Below, piece by piece: positions 60,569 to 64,000 of a DNA stretch of 64,000 nt. The notes under the pieces were generated by a model. It searched no databases. It was not told where the DNA came from and was given only the letters and a program-made list of their open reading frames with translations. The stretch's first letter is position 1, and each line of letters starts with the position of its first letter. Position numbers and translations under genes: made by a program. Origin of the DNA: an uncultured Algibacter sp. (lineage in GTDB: Bacteria; Bacteroidota; Bacteroidia; Flavobacteriales; Flavobacteriaceae). Where the stretch lies: positions 2,063 through 66,062 of the forward strand of contig CALGNX010000004.1 in NCBI GenBank assembly GCA_937958265.1, read 5' to 3'.

Positions 60569-60778
60569 AAAAAAGTAAATTTCGTTCGGCACTAGTTTCT
60601 GCTCACATAGAAAATATATTTTAAAATGTAAAAAAAACAAATAAATGCTTTACAAATTACTAAAATTTAAATATCTTTTAATACTTTATCTAGAAGAATT
60701 TTAATTTCTAATCTTATACTAGGTTACAAAATAAAAAGTCTTAAAGAAGACATAGTAATTAATTAAAAAAAAGAAAAT

Positions 60779-61240
60779 ATGCTGACTTGGAAAAACATTA
60801 TTAATTATTCGCTAAAAGGAAGCCCAATGCCCCATAAGCGTGTTGAGAAAACCGAAGCTGAATGGAAGGCACAATTAACTACAGAACAGTTTAGAGTTGC
60901 AAGACTTAAAGGAACAGAAAGACCTCACTCTGGTGCGTTATGCAGTGCTCACGATGCTGGTAAATATAATTGTATTTGTTGCGGTACGCCGTTGTTTGAC
61001 TCAACTATAAAATTTGAATCGGGTACAGGTTGGCCCAGTTTTACGCAGCCTATTAGTGATAATGCTATTAAATACCATCGTGATAACGCTTTTGGTATGG
61101 TACGCGTTGAGGTTGTTTGCAATACCTGCGATGGGCATTTAGGGCATGTGTTTCCAGATGGACCCGAGCCTAGTGGTTTACGCTATTGTATAAATTCAGA
61201 AGCCATGGCTTTGGATAAGGAGGTTGTTAATGAAGGCTAA
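60779..61240 (+). CDS. msrB: Peptide-methionine (R)-S-oxide reductase
   Basis: The zinc-binding pairs are CICCGTPLF and [12 protein letters not shown]. The catalytic motif is GLRYCINS. The start may instead be the internal ATG at MPHKR. Confidence 0.9.
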   Translation: MLTWKNIINYSLKGSPMPHKRVEKTEAEWKAQLTTEQFRVARLKGTERPHSGALCSAHDAGKYNCICCGTPLFDSTIKFESGTGWPSFTQPISDNAIKYHRDNAFGMVRVEVVCNTCDGHLGHVFPDGPEPSGLRYCINSEAMALDKEVVNEG

Positions 61241-61787
61241 GGATTTACAAACAGCCGTGTTTGGTGGAGGTTGCTTTTGGTGTGTGGAGGCTATATTTAA
61301 CGCAATAAATGGTGTTGAAAAAGTAATTGCAGGATATGCTGGGGGTAACGTTCCTGGGCATCCTACTTATCGTGAAATACGCTCGGGTTTAACAGGACAT
61401 GCCGAGGTTGTTAAAATTTCTTTTAATGCTGCTATAGTTTCTTATAATACGATTTTAAATATTTTTATGACAACGCATAATCCTACTACTGTAAATCAAC
61501 AAGGGGCAGATAAAGGCACGCAATATCGCTCGGTGATTTTTTATTATAATGCGATTCAAAAAAACGTAGCTACAAGTGTAATTAATCATTTTTCATCTTA
61601 TTTTAAGGATAAAATTGTAACAGATATAGCCCCGTTTACTATTTTTTATAAGGCCGAAAAATAGCATCAAAATTACTATCGTAACAATCCAAACAAAAAC
61701 TATTGTAATTTTGTAATTACGCCTAAGTTAGCACAGCTTAGAAAACGACATGCAGATAAATTGAAAGTACCAAAATATGAAGCTTAA
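61230..61787 (+). pseudogene. msrA: Peptide-methionine (S)-S-oxide reductase interrupted by an in-frame TAG
   Basis: The catalytic motif GGGCFWCVEAIF is present. TAG at 61662-61664 occupies the Tyr position of the conserved AE.YHQ.Y motif. The same frame continues as HQNYYRNNPNKNYCNFVITPKL... to the TAA at 61785-61787, which overlaps the selO ATG by 11 nt. Confidence 0.75.
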
Positions 61788-63339
61788 TATTAATAATGTA
61801 TTTAGTAAAGAATTGCCGGCAGATTCTGTTTTAGAAAACGAACGAAGGCAGGTGTACAACGCCTGTTTCTCTTATGCCTCGCCAAAGCAAACCGCAAAGC
61901 CTACATTACTGCATGTGTCGCCTAGTATGCTTAAAAATTTAGGGTTGTCTAGTATCGATGCTAAAAGTAAATATTTTTTAAATATTTTTTCAGGTAATCA
62001 AGTTTTGGAAAGCACAAAACCCTATGCTATGTGTTACGGTGGTCATCAATTCGGGAATTGGGCAGGTCAATTAGGCGATGGTAGGGCTATTAATTTATTT
62101 GAAATTAAGCAAAACAATAATCAATGGCAAGTCCAACTAAAAGGTGCCGGAGTAACACCATATTCTAGAACTGCAGACGGTTTAGCTGTGTTGCGTTCTT
62201 CTGTTAGGGAGTATTTATGTAGTGAAGCTATGTTTTATTTGGGTGTACCTACAACACGTGCCTTGTCATTGTCGTTATCTGGCGATAAAGTACTTAGGGA
62301 TGTTATGTACGATGGTAACCCAGCTTACGAAAAAGGCGCTGTTGTATGCCGTGCTGCAGAAAGCTTTTTGCGCTTTGGTAGTTACCAAATATTTGCATCT
62401 AGACAAGATAATTATACACTTAAAACGCTGGTAGATTACACCATTAAACATCATTTTACGGGTTTAGGAACACCATCAAAAGATACTTATATTCAGTTCT
62501 TCAAAACCGTTTCAGAGCGTACTTTAAATTTAATTATACATTGGCAGCGCGTTGGTTTTGTACATGGTGTTATGAACACCGATAATATGTCTATACTTGG
62601 TTTAACTATAGATTATGGGCCTTATGGCTGGTTGGAAGGTTTTGATTATGGTTGGACACCAAACACAACCGACAGGCAACATAAGCGTTACCGTTTTGGG
62701 AATCAAATAAATATAGGGCTATGGAATTTGTTGCAATTAGCAAATGCTATTTATCCTTTAATTAATGAGGCCGAACCATTGGAAGCTATTTTAAATGAAT
62801 ATAAAACTAATTTTGAAATAAAATCGTTAGCCATGATGCGCTCAAAATTAGGTTTAGAAATGGCCGATAAAAATGATGAGAAATTTATTTTAGATTTAGA
62901 AGATATTCTGCATCAAACAGAAACAGACATGACTATTTTTTTTAGACAAATTAGTAATTTTGAAAAGAAAAAACCTTCTGAAGGTTTAAAGTTAATTCAC
63001 GATGCCTTTTATGCACCTTCTGAAGTTGTAGGGGATATTAAAAAACGTTGGGAGAATTGGTTTAATGCTTATGCAGAACGTTTACAGTGTGAAACATGTC
63101 TAGATAAAGCGCGAAAAGAAAAAATGAATTTAGTTAACCCCAAGTACGTGTTGCGTAATTATATGTCTCAGTTAGCTATTGATAAAGCAGATAATGGGGA
63201 TTATGGATTACTAGACGAGCTATTTAAAATGTTACAGAATCCTTATAGTGAACAGCCGGAGTATAATAATTGGTTTGCCAAACGCCCAGATTGGGCACGC
63301 GATAAAGTAGGGTGCTCTATGTTGTCTTGTAGTTCGTAA
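61777..63339 (+). CDS. selO: SelO/YdiU family protein adenylyltransferase
   Basis: YAMCYGGHQFGNWAGQLGDGRAI, LKGAGVTPYSR and FVHGVMNTDNMSILGLTIDYGPYGW are typical of SelO. Confidence 0.9.
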   Translation: MKLNINNVFSKELPADSVLENERRQVYNACFSYASPKQTAKPTLLHVSPSMLKNLGLSSIDAKSKYFLNIFSGNQVLESTKPYAMCYGGHQFGNWAGQLGDGRAINLFEIKQNNNQWQVQLKGAGVTPYSRTADGLAVLRSSVREYLCSEAMFYLGVPTTRALSLSLSGDKVLRDVMYDGNPAYEKGAVVCRAAESFLRFGSYQIFASRQDNYTLKTLVDYTIKHHFTGLGTPSKDTYIQFFKTVSERTLNLIIHWQRVGFVHGVMNTDNMSILGLTIDYGPYGWLEGFDYGWTPNTTDRQHKRYRFGNQINIGLWNLLQLANAIYPLINEAEPLEAILNEYKTNFEIKSLAMMRSKLGLEMADKNDEKFILDLEDILHQTETDMTIFFRQISNFEKKKPSEGLKLIHDAFYAPSEVVGDIKKRWENWFNAYAERLQCETCLDKARKEKMNLVNPKYVLRNYMSQLAIDKADNGDYGLLDELFKMLQNPYSEQPEYNNWFAKRPDWARDKVGCSMLSCSS

Positions 63340-63563
63340 TTTTAGTTTAAAAATGGATGTAAAAGTACCTTTTTGGGTGTTCCTTAGTGGTTTATTATAA
63401 TGATAAATAAAGTGTAATATAATAGATTTTTGAAAACCGTTTGTTTTAAATTAATGAAAGTAATTGGTATTGATAGCGAATAATTACTTTTGAAGAAGAG
63501 CATTTTAAAAAAGAGAAAAAGAAATCAAAATTTAGGATATCAAACATATAGAAAATAAAAATA

Positions 63564-64000
63564 ATGGATAAATATAAAAAAGCATATATAGCAGGAGGTT
63601 GTTTTTGGGGTATGGAAGATTTGTTTAGAACACGCCCTGGAGTTATAGATACCGAGGTGGGGTATCAGGGAGGTGAGAACGAGAATCCAACCTATAAAAA
63701 TCATCCAGGACATGCTGAGGGTATCGAGATAACCTTTGATCAGGATAAAACATCATTTAAAGAAATTTTAGACTATTTTTTTAGAATTCACAACCCTACC
63801 ACGGTCGATAGGCAAGGTAATGATAAAGGTTCTAGCTACCGCTCTGCTATATTTTTTCAAAACGAAGAAGAAAAACAAGAAGCGGAAGATATAATTAAAA
63901 TAGTTAATGCTTCGGGTAAATGGGACGGTGAAGTGGTTACAACTTTAGAGCCATTTGCGCCCTTTTGGAAAGCGGAGCCAGAACACCAGGATTATTTATT
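63564..64000 (+). CDS. msrA: Peptide-methionine (S)-S-oxide reductase, second copy; partial, because the 3' end runs off the window
   Basis: The ATG at 63564 begins [21 protein letters not shown]...[11 protein letters not shown]...[26 protein letters not shown]...[10 protein letters not shown]. The frame stays open to nt 64000. It is absent from the ORF track because no stop codon lies in the window. Confidence 0.88.
   Translation, partial: MDKYKKAYIAGGCFWGMEDLFRTRPGVIDTEVGYQGGENENPTYKNHPGHAEGIEITFDQDKTSFKEILDYFFRIHNPTTVDRQGNDKGSSYRSAIFFQNEEEKQEAEDIIKIVNASGKWDGEVVTTLEPFAPFWKAEPEHQDYL

Overview
This is a 64-kb chromosomal segment from a low-GC Bacteroidota genome, most likely class Flavobacteriia. 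The evidence for that placement is the T9SS type A and type B C-terminal sorting domains, a PorP/SprF gene, and a Bacteroidetes-style arg cluster with an N-acyl-ornithine carbamoyltransferase. The content is mostly housekeeping. From left to right it holds: a T9SS cargo/PorP/OmpA triad; waaA, galE, lspA-fabD; folA/thyA plus a nucleoside transporter; etfBA and pdhB; metK; an ilvD-B-N-C (terminator) ilvA cluster; azurin plus a GMC-oxidoreductase/ThuA sugar-oxidation patch; an 11-gene combined arginine/proline biosynthesis cluster; a GT39 membrane glycosyltransferase; a T9SS-secreted beta-helix protein; tkt; a GH13 enzyme; a large GAF protein; an HD/2-TM protein; and an msrB-msrA-selO cluster with a second msrA cut off by the window end. 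I saw no rRNA, tRNA, CRISPR array, transposase, integrase or phage genes, and no convincing novel multi-gene system such as a defence island or biosynthetic gene cluster. The observations most worth follow-up are these. (1) Two unrelated families of dispersed intergenic repeats: a GC-rich element of about 95 bp in three copies, and an AT-rich element of about 155 bp in two copies. One copy of each sits side by side inside the arg/pro cluster. (2) Three decayed genes: a ThuA gene frameshifted in a G7 run, an msrA with an in-frame TAG at a conserved Tyr, and a 5' stub of a DegT-family aminotransferase. (3) An apparent 2TM-domain/dihydrofolate reductase fusion. (4) An HD phosphohydrolase fused to a two-TM module that resembles the Pycsar-effector/DUF5706 type. 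(5) A structured metK leader. (6) A lipoprotein built of 7/11-residue Ala/Asn/Gly repeats. All homology calls come from my own recognition of motifs, not from searches.
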